Counted from the first letter of the stretch, positions 46,101 through 60,290 are shown. The stretch is DNA of 64,000 nucleotides from Phoronis australis (GCA_002633005.1 NMRA01001003.1:8133-72132); one strand, 5' to 3'. Notes: generated by a model not told the origin, from the sequence alone. Translations and numbers: made by a program.

Positions 46101-49100
46101 TCCTTCATAGTACAAGCTGCTGGTACATTTACCACACGGCCCACTAACGAGGTCACGTACCTGAAATAGCATGACACTGTGGATCCCCAGCCACCAATTG
46201 ACTACGAGGAAAACAAGGCAAGAATATTCAATGTATAAATATTACTCGTTACGAAAAGCACACTGCATCCTGGGAATTTTCAAGCATGACAAGACTAAAT
46301 GCTTTCACTGATGTAAAACAAAGTTGCTCTTTATAAGAGAAACACTTTACAGTTTACAAGTACGTCACAGTTTGCAAGTACACATGACACAGTTTACAAG
46401 AACAGAGATAGCTGACAGCAGTTTGGGCACAAATGGCAGTTTCATCTTGAATCAATTTCTATCAGTACTAAAGGAAATAAAAGATAAATACAGTATCAAA
46501 CTTTACCTTCTCTCGGTCAGTGTTCTTCACAATCAATATACTATCACCAGATGTATCAATGCCTGCCCTGCCCGCTCGACCTGTCATTTGCTTGTACTGG
46601 CTGTACGAGATGAACTCTGACCCCACGTAAGCAGAACGAAGTATGACTCTGTATTCAGATAAGCATTACATTACTGTGTCATGAACTGGTAATTGTTTAT
46701 CAGACTATGGTTTTAACTATTAAAGAACAGCATAGATCTTCCACGTCTGCTTTAAAAACAAAATATGTTGTGGAAGACAGCATAAATTGCGTGATTGATA
46801 TATACTTCATATACTTCCATTTCCCAACGGGTTCCAAGTCAACCACAATCTTCTCAGGATTGACCATAGTTGAGTATTTACCCATTTCCTAGTACGAATG
46901 ACTGCCACAGACTCCACAAGATGAGAAAACAAGAAACAAGAGCAACGCAGAGCGTTGAAATGCGCCCACAATTGCACCGCATACGGTATCCTTCTAGGGT
47001 TGTTTATTGGTACCATACAGTGGCCAGTAGAGGGCTTATATGTAGTATGTTGTACTTTGCAAAATGGAAAGGCATGGTCATTGTCTCCTCAATAGGCTAG
47101 AGGCAAAATGTGAGTAATCTTCATAATACAAGCACATCCTATACACCAGTGGCTTAAAGCACCACAGAAACATAGAATTAAAAACAAATTTACCAACATA
47201 CGAGGTTAGCACAGCATTAGAATGCCAGAAACAAATTTCTACTTGGAACTTTTCCTTCATAGTCACGAACTAACACAAAGTATACACCTGAAGACAAATG
47301 AAAATACAGAGGTCAATGTAAAATACTAAAATTGCCACTAGAGGCATACCGGTAGTCGGATCCGTCCGAAAGTTCGCACATGCCGTCCCATTCATGAATG
47401 GAACATATGTGCCAAATTTCATGAACGTATGTCAAAGGGTTTTGGAGATAGAGCAGCGGACGCCGGATTCCGGACGGACGGACAGAGATGACGGCATAAT
47501 GCGTCCACATATAAATATGTGGGCGCATAAAAATGATCACTACTGCTCACTTCAGATTGAATTTAAAAAGAGTAGCAAACCACATACCTTTTTGCAGGAA
47601 GATTCACACCAGCTGCCAGTGTAGATGTACATGTCAACAGACAGAGGATACCACTAGAATATGACTCTTCAATAACTTTACGCTCATCAGCAGTCAGCCC
47701 ACTGTGATGGTAGGCCACACCATATTGAATGGTCTTCTTTAGCACCTCGCAGATTTGACCATTACCTTCTTCGATGAGCTGCTTGATAAGGGCACGGCGT
47801 TCATCTTTTCTGATGTCCATCAGATGCCTTTGAAACAAAGCATACTGATTTTTCCCTGTGCAGTTAATATTGCAGCATGAATGCCAATTTTGCTCAACCC
47901 AATCTGGTTATAGCGAGTTAGACTGGTTGATTCGGCAAATGACAATGCCTAGCGTTTAATTTTTGCGATGTAGAAATTTTTTGAATGAGTAATTTAGTTA
48001 TCTCAATGCACAACAGTTAGAAATGATAGCATGCTAGCAAATAATTCACCAAAATCCTTTGAAATTTCACAGCCTTAAATCTGACTGAAAGGACACTATG
48101 TAGCGCTGAGCGCTGCGCATCAAGTAGTCTTAATGCTATCTAGTGATAAAGCATACTTCATTATGTCACTGCTCAGTCAGAAAGTGTCGTTGCTACTTTT
48201 TACATTGTAGCAGCCATTGTTATAGGGATCCATAAAATTAAACCATAGTCAGACACACAATTACTGAATTTGCAAATAAAACAAAAAGTCATCACATCTG
48301 AGTAGAGTCCGATCCTTGCGGATGACTGCATCAACATGAAGGTTGGGGTCAACTTAAAGTCAAGTGAGCCAGCTGTTCACATATTAAGTAAAAACACACC
48401 ACAGAAAACACGTCTGGGTTTTAATCTTTTCAAAACAAAGAACGCTAGAAATAATAAAATAATCAAAGTGCTCTGAGGAGCAACACTTGGTAAAATGGAG
48501 GGAAAAAGCAAGGACTAATACAGAGACAGCAACAACAAAGATGACGACGTCTGCAACACCGATGAGCAAGTAAAGGGTGACTTCACTATGTCATCACAAA
48601 CTCCAAAGATACAGGAGCAAAAAAATATGATTGCCACTGGGGGCACAGCAGCAGTTGGATCCATTAAAAAGTTTGCTCATTCTGTCCCATCAGTGTCTGC
48701 AAATTTCATGTCAAACATCCATCAAGGGTTTAGGAGATCCAGGAGCAGACTGAATAGATGACTGACCAGATGGAAGAACGATTGACTGGGTGAATGGGGC
48801 CAGCAGTATAATTTGACCACACAAGCACGCACGCATGCACACGAACACGCACACGAACATGCACACACACACGAGCACATAACAATGGCCACCAGTGTCA
48901 TTGTGTGTCCAATTTCAACAGCAAATAACTGGTGCTGACGCAATGCAATCATATGACTGTGATAAATTTCATAAGGATCCGTTAAGTGTTTTTTGAAACA
49001 AAATATTGAACAAGCAAACGTAACGATGTGCGACAGACTGACGAGATACCAACTACATGCAACCACGAACAGAGCACAATAACTGGCATCATTTGAATTT

Positions 49101-52100
49101 TGCCAAGTAATAACATAACAACAAATTGCAAGGTGAAAATTTGCTTTTTGTAAGATGTCACATGGCTGAAAGCTGTCAAACTACTGTACACAAACTATTG
49201 CTTATAAAATAAATTCAGGTTCAATTGTATGGAGGATTTAGAAAAAATACATTTTTGTGGGTTGACAATGAATATTCAACATATGTCAGATAGTATCACT
49301 AACAAAATTAATGTTGACAATTTGCTGCCTAACGAAATTTTAGAAATCAAGAAAGCAAAGTGCTTCGCAAAGTGCTAACTCAAAATCGAATAAGCACACA
49401 ACGTCAAACCCTTCAGTACCACAACAAATGTCTGACAAAAACAGCGTAGTCACAATATCCAGGAGTATGCTTCGTCACTAATTGCCATGGAATGTAGTTT
49501 TTGACAGAAAACGAATCAGGCATAGGAAACGAATAGGAGACTCAGACCTACCTAGGCATATTCTTGCATATCATGATGGCAACATTTTCACAGTTTTTCT
49601 TAGTTTGACAAAACACAAGACACGAGTTGTGTGGTATGACTTCAGACACCAGTCCAATAATGTGGTCGGGGTCAGCACTGCGGAGAGCCTTGGTGTACTG
49701 TGAAACAAGAAACAATATGGCTGACAACATGGCTGACTCACACAGATCAGGAGAACCTCAGCATACGGTAAAACAAGAAACAACATGGCAGACTCACACA
49801 ATCAATAAACTTGACTACTAACGGCAATGTGACACAAGCAACGCGGATGCCATTGTTAGTGTCAAGTGGGAAACTTTCATGGAATTAGGACACATTGAGT
49901 GAAAAGAGGAAATCAACCTTATGGTAGCCTGTCATATCTTGAATATGCGCATGCATGTGTACAATCATGTGTGTTTCAACTAACATCAACGGAACACCAC
50001 AAAGCATTACAAACACTGAACGCTTAACTAGCACTTTACATCACCAGAAGGGAAAAAGTCACAATAAAAGGACTTGGTATTATCTTCTACTTACAGGAAA
50101 CGTGGTTGTGCGACTGTGTTTGATGACATCTTCAGGACACTTGGCACTACTGTCTACCGAATAGAGAGTGTCGTTGAGTTTAATATATTCCTTTAGCTCA
50201 ACCTGAAAGCAAAGCAATATTCAATTCTTTCATGATGACTCAAAAAAGATGCTTGGGATAGGTGGACTAAAGACAACCACTACGGTACCTCGTCATTTAT
50301 AACCAGAGACTTCAGATCCCCTCTACAGGAAAAACAGCAAGTGAAATTTCAAGATAAATATTTAGGTAATTCAAAGCATAACGGTAGAAGCATGTTGACT
50401 ACAGTGAAATAAAGAAGGACTTTACTTAAAACCAAGGGAGGTCACAGTTTCTGCAGAACTCTCCTTGTGCGCTTTTTGAAACGGAAAAGGAAAGCGTTAC
50501 GAGGAATGACAATATGGCAAGATTGAATGAACCGGTGACAAAGCAATGACCGCACAACCAATGACGATGTTGTCACCACCACCACAACCATTACCAACAC
50601 CACAACCACCACGCGACCAATGAAAATTATCTAAATCCTTACAAAGATCCACAGCTCCAATCAACAAATAGAGCAAACTAAGCAAGTTAACGGCATAATG
50701 AAAGTTAGCTCTAAATCACTTGGCTGTATGATAGATTCAAAAAGCAAGTAAACTGCACAATGACCAAGAGTTAGCTCTGAATCACTTGGCTGAAAGGTGG
50801 ATTCAATAAGCAACTGCAAAATAATAGTTAGTTCGAACTCACAAAGCCAATATGCAACAATGTAACAAAATAACACTTACCGGGCGGAAATCATTACTGT
50901 ACAGTTGTGCCTTCAAAAATTCCTGCACGTCAGAGATGTTACTCAGTGTGGCACTCATTCCCAAAATCTGGACGTTATCTACAGATAGGAAAGTACACTG
51001 TTCACACATTACTTAAGAAATAACATTATCCAACAAACACCTCATACAAATTCATACACGAGGTTAAAAAATAACTGCTATGTTGTCTACACAAAAGTAA
51101 GCACTGGGTTTCTCTATGACCAATAACAAAAATGTAGTTCTAAGCCCTCCCAATGGGTACATATTTCGCCCAGAGTCCAAGCAAGACTCTCATCATACAG
51201 GGGTACCCTTAGTGGGGATAACTATTAGTAATGGAAGTAATGCACAGATAAATCTTCAAAGCCATAAGTCATTACATCACATTGATTTCAGGCAGTGCAA
51301 TGTGCCAGAGCATTTACAGGTACGATACTTGTTACTCAAAACCTTGATGACTCAAGACTATCTGTCCATCTGCAGATTCTTTCCGCTCAATTTCGGCACC
51401 ATAATGAATTCAAGAAACAAAACACTAAAGATTAATACAATTCTTCATACGATAAAAATTACCAAAGAATGGAAAGACACACATTAATAAACTGAAAGCA
51501 ATCAAACAAAGGAACCACAGCTTGTTTCAGCCAATGAAAAAATTTGCCTACGCTTACATTCTTATGTGGTTTACTGTTGTAGTTTTCAACATAGTGCCTT
51601 TCAAAATGGCATCAAAATACATTTATTTGTAACCTTACACAATCCCCTACATGTGCACACAAAATTGAGACCTGTGGCTGACAAAAGTGGAATGTGGAGA
51701 ATTTTACAAATCACTAATTTCATGACTGCTTATTATATCAACGTATAGGCCAAGGTGGGTGTGCTGGTGTCATGACCAATGACTGCTTATTATATCAACG
51801 TATAGGCCAAGGTGGGTGTGCTGGTGTCATGACCAATGACTGCTTATTATATCAACGTGTAGGCCAAGGTGGGTGTGCTGGTGTCATGACCAATGGAACA
51901 GGCACCTGCATTACAAATGACGTGAAATTCCCACAAAATCATTTTTAAACTACAAATAAATGTGCAGTGCATGTATAAATCAGTTGTATAAAGTGTAACC
52001 ATGCACATACTATGGACCACCATCAGTTTAGTGAGAGTCTCTTCCAAGATAGCACCGCGTCTCCCTCCCTCTCCAAGCATGTGAAGCTGTCAAAAAAGAA

Positions 52101-55100
52101 CAGTAGTCATTAGTGACAAGAGCAACAAGGTGTGTACATTACAAATGCCAAATGTATGTGAAGGCTTATTTGTTCAAATATTTCTACACTATAAATTGAA
52201 CAACACTCAGGAACTTAAAATTGATTTTAAGGGAGCAATTAGGGATGACAATCCTGGAAGATAACGAGATTGTCGCAAAAAAAACCCCTGAAATTACAAA
52301 AGACCTCAACTTTGGCCAACCTCAAAGCATCATATCTCTGAAATGGCTGATTGGATTCATACGAAACTTTCAGAAAGTATGCTTTTTGCACTATTCTCCA
52401 AAGCGCTGTTAGGAATTGTTTTTCCAGTGTTCTGCTTTTGCACAAAGAGCTGGTACTTCAGTCAAGGATTTTTCTGAACAAGTTGCATAAACCGAAAACT
52501 AACTGATAACTTAGAAAACTGTTTATACAGTGTTTCTGAGATCTTGATCCATTTATACCAAAAGAAACTTGGTCACTGTTCCCATTATTTTGATATGACT
52601 GCTACTTTTGCAGAAGTTTAATGAACACATGGCCAAGTGACACAATTATTCAGAGAATGGTGCAAAGTTAACAAAAGCAATGCCGAACGTCGATATGTGC
52701 CTACTGCATGCATCGCATACAGCTCAGACACAAAGGACGATCCTTATGTTCATCATTCCCACAAAAGGGAGTATGGTTGAAGAACTTATAGGCGTTACGG
52801 GGTGCAAAGTACGTCAACAATCCTCACTTCAATAGAAGCATACCTGACGCCCTTCATCATGAGAATTCACGAAGTTTGGCGGAAACAAAGAAAACGTATT
52901 TAACAAAAACAGTAAAAAGTCCACTAGGAGGCACAATGTAGGTCAAATCCCTCTGACACAGAAACTTATTTGCCAAATTTCGTGAACATCAGTCAAGGAA
53001 CTTGACAGATATCAAGACAAATGCAGCTGTGGTCATCTCACCAGGAAAACATTCTGCAAACTCTCATAACCATCGTTGGAGAGGTTTGGCCGATGGAGAG
53101 GCAGATGCCAAAAAACTCATAAACAATAAAATTGGCCACTAAATGGTGAAAAACATGTAAAATCTATCCAAAAATGCTTAGCTGGCGTCATCTTCATAAC
53201 ATTTAACTGATCTACCAAATTTCATGAAAATCCATTAAGGAACTCCATGATACTGAGGCAAACGTAAAAAACTAAAATTACCACCAGGGGGCACACCGGA
53301 AGCCAACCATCCCATCCATAACAGGAACATATCTCATTCTGCAAAATTTCGTGAGCATACAGCAGACACAGGACACAGGACAGTCTGACAGGGATGATGG
53401 CATAATGCAAACAGATATGTGGGCGCATCATATAATGATCTACAGTTAGGAGATCTAAGTGTCAAGACCACCTGCTTTACTGTTATACCTTGAAACATGA
53501 CAAGGCATAGAAAGCAAAACTTCCTATAGACAGTATATGCTAGAGTACATAAATCTGGCTAATGTATTTACAAATTAAAACCAATAACTCGAGATTTATA
53601 GACACCATCGAGTTGGAGGAAGTGTTGCTTTCATAAAACCTACAAGACTACATTGGCTCTGCCAGGGGATTATGATATTTCTTGCTCAACACTAACACAC
53701 CTCATCCACTACCACCAAACCAAGGCTTCCAATTCTCTCCTCCTCTATTAGAGAGTTCACCAGACTGCAGGCCTTCTCAATGGTGGCAATGTACAATGTC
53801 TGCCGCTTCATTCTTCGTTTGGGTGGAATCACTCCTTTGCTGCCAGCGTATTCTTCCACAAGGAAATCCAACTCTGAAGCGAATTCCACTAGAGTTCGCA
53901 CCTAACAGCAAGAATTCAATGATAAAATTACAACATTGGTCAAGTATCATTTTCTAGGTCAAGTAACACTTACTAGCATGTACAACACATGTATAACTCG
54001 TATCAAAGCTCAATAACAAATTGCTTTTTCTGATAAATTACTTAACTGTTGAATCATAAAACTAATTTATCAACAATATTTGATTGTACAAGTATGAAAT
54101 TAAGCACAACTGAGATATAAATTTTGCCAAATCTTGCCTAACCATCCGTTTTGCATGTTATTGTTCAATTTGAACACAATAGATTAAACCACATCTACCA
54201 AATCTTATTAAGGTCCTCTAAGGCGTTTAGGAAATGCCATAGCAGAAGTTTGGCGCCAGGTGCCCAGACAGAGATAACGGCAACCTGCACCCATATCTGT
54301 GGGCACATATAAATTCTTTGAAAATGAGAACATTTGAAGTTGGTGGCACTGAGAGTATTGCTTATTGCAGAGTTTATGAACTTCTCTATTCATCACCATA
54401 CTCCAAACAAGGGTGTTTTTTGTGTGACATCATGAACATCTGAAGCATGATTGGCCAGTAATAATGAATGAGATTTTGGCCCTTGTGGCCTAAAGAAGAC
54501 AAAAAGAAAATGTTATATATTGATGCATAAATATATGGGAAAAGCTCAAAATTGCCAACAACTGTTGGAAAACGGAAAGCATCAGAAAATCTTGAAACTT
54601 GAGGTCATGTTTGGTGAGCTGAACAACTAAAAGATTATTAAGTAGCATTTGATGAGTGAGGTTCCAACTAAATTCGTAATGTCCAGTAATATAGGCCACG
54701 TTTTGCAAGTTGGTAATCCCCAAATCAGACCAATTAATTCTTCAAAACACAGGAATTGTTTCTAAAGCACTTCATTTCCCTTTCATAATTTCTAGGAAAC
54801 AATTGTTGAGTAAAACAAGAACAAAATTACAGAAATACTTCAGAAAACTGTGACAGCATTTTCAAGATTTCATTATGTTAATGAATATTGATAACAAAAG
54901 TAATTCGATCACTTTGTAACTGATTTCAATTTGCTACGAACGTACCTTTCTTGAGTGCTAAATTTTATTAATTGAGACCAGGGGCTGGGCACATGATTTT
55001 TTCAATGGTTTGACAAATTGAAAAAACGGACAACAATTGTTGAATGGCCAAGGATCCTACCTTCTCCTGGACAATAGCCACAAAGGGCAGAATAAGCAGT

Positions 55101-58100
55101 GCATCCTTCTTCTTACAAAGCAATTCCCTCATGATGAGAATCTCAGCCACCAGAGTCTTGCCACCACTAGTAGGCAGTGTGTAGATCAAGTTGTGACCCT
55201 CTCTCACAGGCTGCAGGGACAGACATTCATGCTGCCAGTCTACAAGATGGCACCATCTGATAAGAAGTGGCTCAGGCAGAAAATACAGACACTGATGACA
55301 TTATTACTGTACAGCAGAAAAAAATAAATGTGCATGAGAAATCAACCATATTTGATACAACAACAGATCTCTGGTCATCCCCCTTGTAATCTTGCAGCTT
55401 TTTGTGCCTTAATTACAGTTACGTTGACATGTAATTACAAATGGAACAATAGAGCATGCCGTAAATGACCCAGGAAATGGCCCGCACTTTCTTTGACCAA
55501 ACATGAACAACGTGCACAGACTATGTTCAATAGTGACTAGCATATTGCGTTTGCTCAATCAAAATGAATGTGAAACCAAGATGCCAGCCTTTAGCTGGGC
55601 CGTTCAAGTCACTTTTTATTGTTCCATGGAAAAGGTACACAGGGGTAAATGAAAAGAAATAATTGCCACCAAGGGCACACCAGTAGTCAGATTTATCCGA
55701 AAATTCCCTCATGCCATCCCATCCACGAACAACATGTCAGCAAAATCCATCAAGGGATTTTGGAGAGAGAGAGAGAGAGAGGTTGTTTATTGCACTTGGA
55801 GCTAAGCTCATTTGTACATATTACATTGCAACATTTGGTATAGGTGGCAATTTCATGTCCGGGTATTATTTAATTTCTCCTTTGCGGATGCCGGATGGAT
55901 GAGGATGATGGCATAATGCATCCGCATGTAAATATAGGTGAATATAAACCACACAATTACCAAACGAATGTGTGCAGACATTTGTTTACACATATCTATT
56001 TTTATGTTTGGTCAGTGGTTAGTGGAAAAAAAATAAGGCCGAGAATCAAGAAATATAAATTTTGTTAAATAACTGGTTAGCAGCAGTAACCAATCAGAAT
56101 TATTAGAGGGGATTATTCTGTGCTCCGGGAGTTAGTGCCAACAGCACTATAAGCTCCATTGTTGTATTTTTCTTAAAAATTGCAGTGTTTTACCTTGTGG
56201 CATCAATCACAGTAGTTTCAGACTTTTATTAATTTGTACCTTCATTTGATAAAAGTTCACAAAAATGTTCTTTTGTGCTAAATCAGAGAACTTTCCAAAA
56301 ACAGGCCTCCGAATGTACCCATACAGCATATTTTCTGAAGACCCAAGACAGTTATATCGGTACACAACATGCAGTCCAACATTGGCTTAGTTTATTTTAA
56401 TAAAATTGAATCAACCCCATGAACCACCCATTTCAGTTACCATAAACTTTTGAGATGCCTCTCAGCTCCTTCAGCAATGATTGCACCCTGATGGGTAGAC
56501 CGTAGAAAGGTCCCATGTCAAACTCCGATCCCACATCTTTAGTAACTTCCTTGACAAACTCCATTGCCTTATGGATCTCTTGATCTCGGATGGACTGCAA
56601 ACGATTCGACTTTGGTGTAGGCATCTTTCCATTAGCTTGCAATCGTCGCCTCAACTTATCAGCAAGACTAACAGGAGTTTCTGGACTTTTTAAAATTTCG
56701 TCAGCCAATTCATCGGATATGGTCTCTACTGACATAGTTTCTGTCACTATGTTTTGACTTGCACTACATAGATGCTCAGTAGAGTTATCTAGTACGTTTG
56801 CACCAGTTTCATTACAGTCACTTATCACAGGTTGCTCTGCAGTATTCTGAGTGGAAGCTTGTGATTGGATGTTAGTCTCCACGACGTCAAGGGCGGTTAG
56901 CAACTCACTGTCACTCTGATTCAGCCCAGGCGAAAGGTAGATGTCCCGCACATAGGCCTGCATTTTGAAAATCAACACTAAAATCATCTAATATGAACAA
57001 ATTTTGGTTAAAACATATTAGAATTCTCAATCCTACATACACTAAACCGGACATAAACTCATCTGCTTGGCCATTGAGTAACACAACTTGGCCACGCTGT
57101 AACACAACTTGACCACGCTGCAACACAACTTGACCACGCTGCAACACAACTTGACCACGCTGCAACACAACTTGACCACGCTGTAACACAACTTGACCAC
57201 CCTGTAACACAACTTGACCACGCCGTAACACAACCTGACCAAGCCGTAACACAACTTGACCACACTGTAATACAACTTGATCACGCTGTAACACAACTTG
57301 ACCACGCTATAACAAAACTTGACCACACTGTAACACAACTTGACCACGCTGCAACAAAACTTGACCACACTGNNNNNNNNNNNNNNNNNNNNNNNNNNNN
57401 NNNNNNNNNNNNNNNNNNNNNNNNNNNNNNNNNNNNNNNNNNNNNNNNNNNNNNNNNNNNNNNNNNNNNNNNNNNNNNNNNNNNNNNNNNNNNNNNNNNN
57501 NNNNNNNNNNNNNNNNNNNNNNNNNNNNNNNNNNNNNNNNNNNNNNNNNNNNNNNNNNNNNNNNNNNNNNNNNNNNNNNNNNNNNNNNNNNNNNNNNNNN
57601 NNNNNNNNNNNNNNNNNNNNNNNNNNNNNNNNNNNNNNNNNNNNNNNNNNNNNNNNNNNNNNNNNNNNNNNNNNNNNNNNNNNNNNNNNNNNNNNNNNNN
57701 NNNNNNNNNNNNNNNNNNNNNNNNNNNNNNNNNNNNNNNNNNNNNNNNNNNNNNNNNNNNNNNNNNNNNNNNNNNNNNNNNNNNNNNNNNNNNNNNNNNN
57801 NNNNNNNNNNNNNNNNNNNNNNNNNNNNNNNNNNTTTTTTGTGTTTGGGATGTTTATAGTCAACACTCCGTGACTCAATGACATTTTCAGCGTATGGTTC
57901 TGTGGCTTGCTGTTTTATCTCGACTACCCGGCATTGCTCACTTGCCGTTGCGCCAAACATGCTCGGCAAAGAAGTAGGCCCAAGACAAGAATCGGGGTTA
58001 AGCGGCCGTGTGCCACTCGTCAATCAAGAATAAAATTTTTGAGCCACGGCATAAGTATATGATAAAACGCTACAATAACAAAACAGTGATGTTTCAATTC

Positions 58101-60108
58101 ATAAACGATCACCTTACCAAACCTCGTGGTGGAAAAACATTTATTTTTCATGCAAGATGTCCAGATTATCCTATTTATATCACTTGCAATATCGCACTGC
58201 GGCACTGTTCGGTCCCGTTGTTAGCGCGCAATGTCTCAGTCGACTGACAATCGTGACTTGGAAGTGCCGTCAAGTAATATAACACCCTCTTTCAATATGC
58301 ATCTCCTTTTTATGGCCAAAGATAGCGGCGGGATTCAGCACGCGCGTAGGGCCTACGTGCGAGCCACCTGTCAATCACATGTTGGTGTCAAGGTAACATG
58401 CACTCCAAAGTGTGGGAAATTGCGCGCGTGCACCACTACAAAGTCACACATCAAAAGAGAATAGCGACAGTCCTAAGTAACAGAAACGGACGTGACTATA
58501 TACTTTTAACCATTGTATCATTTCTCTGGCCTGATTTTTTCGAATATATGTTTTATCAAGTGCACTGCAGACGAAAACTCAACGCGGCAGACAAAGTCGC
58601 TGAAAGCGGAGGTTTTGACGCCGGTGGCGTTCTTAAACTTTGCAAACATGGGAAGAAAATAAAGTGACAAAAACGTTGAAGTATTATATTTTGAAGTGAG
58701 TCCATGACCCAAGACAATAACTCGTTACTTGTATAATTGCAATTCACGTTGCTAAACCACCGTCTCGGAGGCCCAGCGTCGTTGCGCTAATTGTGATCAT
58801 CGATCTTTTTCTAAAAGTCGGGGAGTCTGGGATAGGCGCTTAACCGAGAGGTGGGCGCTTAACTGGAAATTTTCAAAAATAGCAGGGGGGCGCTTAATCG
58901 AGCAGTGGGCGGTTAAATCAAAAATCCACCTAAAGTAGGGGGTGGGCGGTTAACTGAGCATGGGCGTTAACCCGAACGTTTACGGTATATCATATGCAAG
59001 ATTCTTCGCAACATTATAAGAACCAAATAGCTAAGAATATTTAAAGTTCTCAAAACCACCATTCACTTTGTGACTAGTACATGACTTTAACTGAAAGTTT
59101 CTTACCTCCATGGACATGAGTGTGACATATGAACATAACAAGCGCCAGTATATCACCAAAACACGAGTTTCTTGTAAAAACTTGTGCCATATCTAATTTT
59201 AATTGCGAGGTTTCTGTTTCATATGTTACCACACTAAGTCTGCTGGGCACAATTTTTTGAAAAAAAGGTACACTTTTTATCATCAGGTGCATCCAAAGGG
59301 CACAGGTTCAAACTTGGTCAGGAATATCCGTGATCATGTAAATCAGAATCAAACAAGATGTGAAGTAGCAGTAATAGTAATGTGATGGAGTTATCTGGTA
59401 TTTCATCACCGACTGTCAATCATGTTTATGAACTGACTAACTTACTATATAAACATCAAAACCTACAAAAATCCCTTGTCTACCTGTTATTGCCTACCCA
59501 GGTTATGGTCAAAAGGTGGAGCTGTTGTTCACAAGTTTGGTTATAGTTCAATGATCACATGTGGAACTGTTCACTAGTTTGGTAATAGTTCAAATCATTT
59601 TGCAAGACCACATTTTGAGAAACTATGGCGACTGAACAGTTTCATATGTCAATCAAATCTTTACCTTGTGTTCGCGCTTTGGGGTGTTCAACCCAGTAAA
59701 TGTGTTGTTGTGCATCACAGAGTGTTCAAGACTGTCACTCGGCCTCTGTACAGGCTTCTGACACTCAACCACACCCTCTGTACCTCCAGAAATAGGCAGT
59801 TTGGGTTGAGCATTGTTGAAAGAATTAGCAAACCAGTCACTGTTTTCTTGCATGCCACTAGCAGATGACACTGCCCGACGCAGACCAAATACTGGCGAAG
59901 GCGAAATGGGTTGACAGTGGTCAGTGACCTGGGATACAGAGTCCTGGGGTACAGTGACCTGGGGTACAGTGACCTGGGGTACAGTGACCTGGGGTACAGT
60001 GACCTGGGGTACAGAGTCCTCTGAGCTTATCCATCTTTTCTCCCATTGCTCAGCCAAAGTTATTCGAGTTCGTTTTCTGGAAACCTTGCGATGTACTTCT
60101 TGAGACAT
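37102..60108 (-). CDS. HELQ: Helicase POLQ-like (HEL308), complete, 18 coding exons, ~1099 aa
   Basis: Exons 60108-59665, 56957-56441 (GPFYGLP), 55239-55061 (DWQHECL...[18 protein letters not shown], motif I), 53901-53701 (ATIEKA...VVVDE), 52086-52011 ([15 protein letters not shown]), 50978-50881 (GMSATL...DFRP), 50202-50095, 49697-49552 ([15 protein letters not shown]), 47827-47588 ([10 protein letters not shown]...[14 protein letters not shown]), 46648-46507 ([12 protein letters not shown], motif VI), 46160-46056, 45710-45518, 44250-44093, 43711-43613, 42324-42151, 41631-41518, 41076-40945 and 37275-37102. All GT-AG, 3300 nt in frame. No polymerase domain, so not POLQ. An extra exon in the N gap cannot be excluded. 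Confidence 0.96.
38452..38767. repeat. ~315-bp foldback inverted repeat in the last HELQ intron
   Basis: GGTATCAAAATATAGAAAAA / TTTTTCTATATTTTGATACC at the ends; pairing continues inward (CGGACTTCA/TGAAGTCCG, TGTTACTAT.GTTCTG/CAGAAC.ATAGTAACA, CATTTTAAC/GTTAAAATG) around a ~40-nt loop. Confidence 0.9.
39480..40430 (-). repeat. Related tandem array with alternating ~145/~180-bp monomers
   Basis: AAATGGCCACTAGG-like motif at ~39635, 39774, 39950, 40100 and 40284; GATATCATCYAGAAA recurs. Confidence 0.65.
42758..43549. mobile_element. Possible Tc1/mariner-like non-autonomous element
   Basis: CAGGTGTACCAGAAA (42758) and TTTTTGATACACCTG (to 43549) form imperfect TIRs with TA nearby at both ends. 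Confidence 0.4.
43869..44003 (+). repeat. 68-bp tandem duplication
   Basis: ATCAAGCGCTCCCTGTGGCAGTT at 43869 and 43937. Confidence 0.8.
46935..47533 (-). mobile_element. Short, well-preserved copy of the Helentron/DINE-1-like family in a HELQ intron
   Basis: AACAAGAGCAACGCAGAGCGTTGAAATGCGCCCAC at one end; GGACGGACGGAC...GCATAATGCGTCCACATATAAATATGTGGGCGCATAAAAA at the other. Confidence 0.8.
51722..51895 (+). repeat. 57-bp tandem repeat x3, nearly perfect
   Basis: ATGACTGCTTATTATATCAACGTRTAGGCCAAGGTGGGTGTGCTGGTGTCATGACCA at 51722, 51779 and 51836. Confidence 0.95.
52740..53435 (-). mobile_element. Degenerate copy of the Helentron/DINE-1-like family
   Basis: GATGATGGCATAATGCA...ATATGTGGGCGCAT terminus; monomer motifs at 52921, 53135 and 53281. 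The left boundary is approximate. Confidence 0.6.
55630..55948 (-). mobile_element. Degenerate copy of the Helentron/DINE-1-like family (another fragment at ~48560-48790)
   Basis: AATTGCCACCAAGGGCAC monomer, CCATCAAGGGATTTTGGAGA, and terminus GGATGATGGCATAATGCATCCGCATGT. Confidence 0.55.
57077..57372 (+). repeat. 21-bp minisatellite running into the assembly gap
   Basis: GCTGYAACACAACTTGACCAC about 14 times, then Ns. Confidence 0.95.
57373..57834. other. Assembly gap (N run) in HELQ coding intron 1
   Basis: 462 consecutive N. Confidence 1.
58810..58987. mobile_element. Right end of a TACCGTA-type (pogo/Tc1-like) MITE
   Basis: Five subterminal GGCG(C/G)TTAA repeats ending ...AACGTTTACGGTA; a similar end at ~37720-37748. 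Left end not located. Confidence 0.55.
59922..60020 (-). repeat. 15-bp coding tandem repeat (VPQVT)n in HELQ exon 1
   Basis: GTGACCTGGGGTACA x4 perfect plus diverged flanking units; protein [32 protein letters not shown]. Confidence 0.9.
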
Positions 60109-60290
60109 GACACTGAGACAACTGCACAAGAGAAAGAAAGAAATGTCACTCAAACTCACACAAATGTTACGGTAAAATCTCACTAATTTCAAACAAAAAT
60201 AATTACCAAAACTACCTTTTTTCATTTTCAAGGTCTTCTAACTTTCTTGTGAATGTCCTCATTTTTTCAAAATGTTTTCTGATGGTACCT

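Noticed and set aside
56911-58023. Long ORFs (127-280 aa) around the gap
   Set aside because: Artefacts of the stop-free 21-bp minisatellite and the N run.
37102-60108. POLQ rather than HELQ
   Set aside because: The gene ends after the helicase C-terminal region at ~1099 aa with no polymerase domain.
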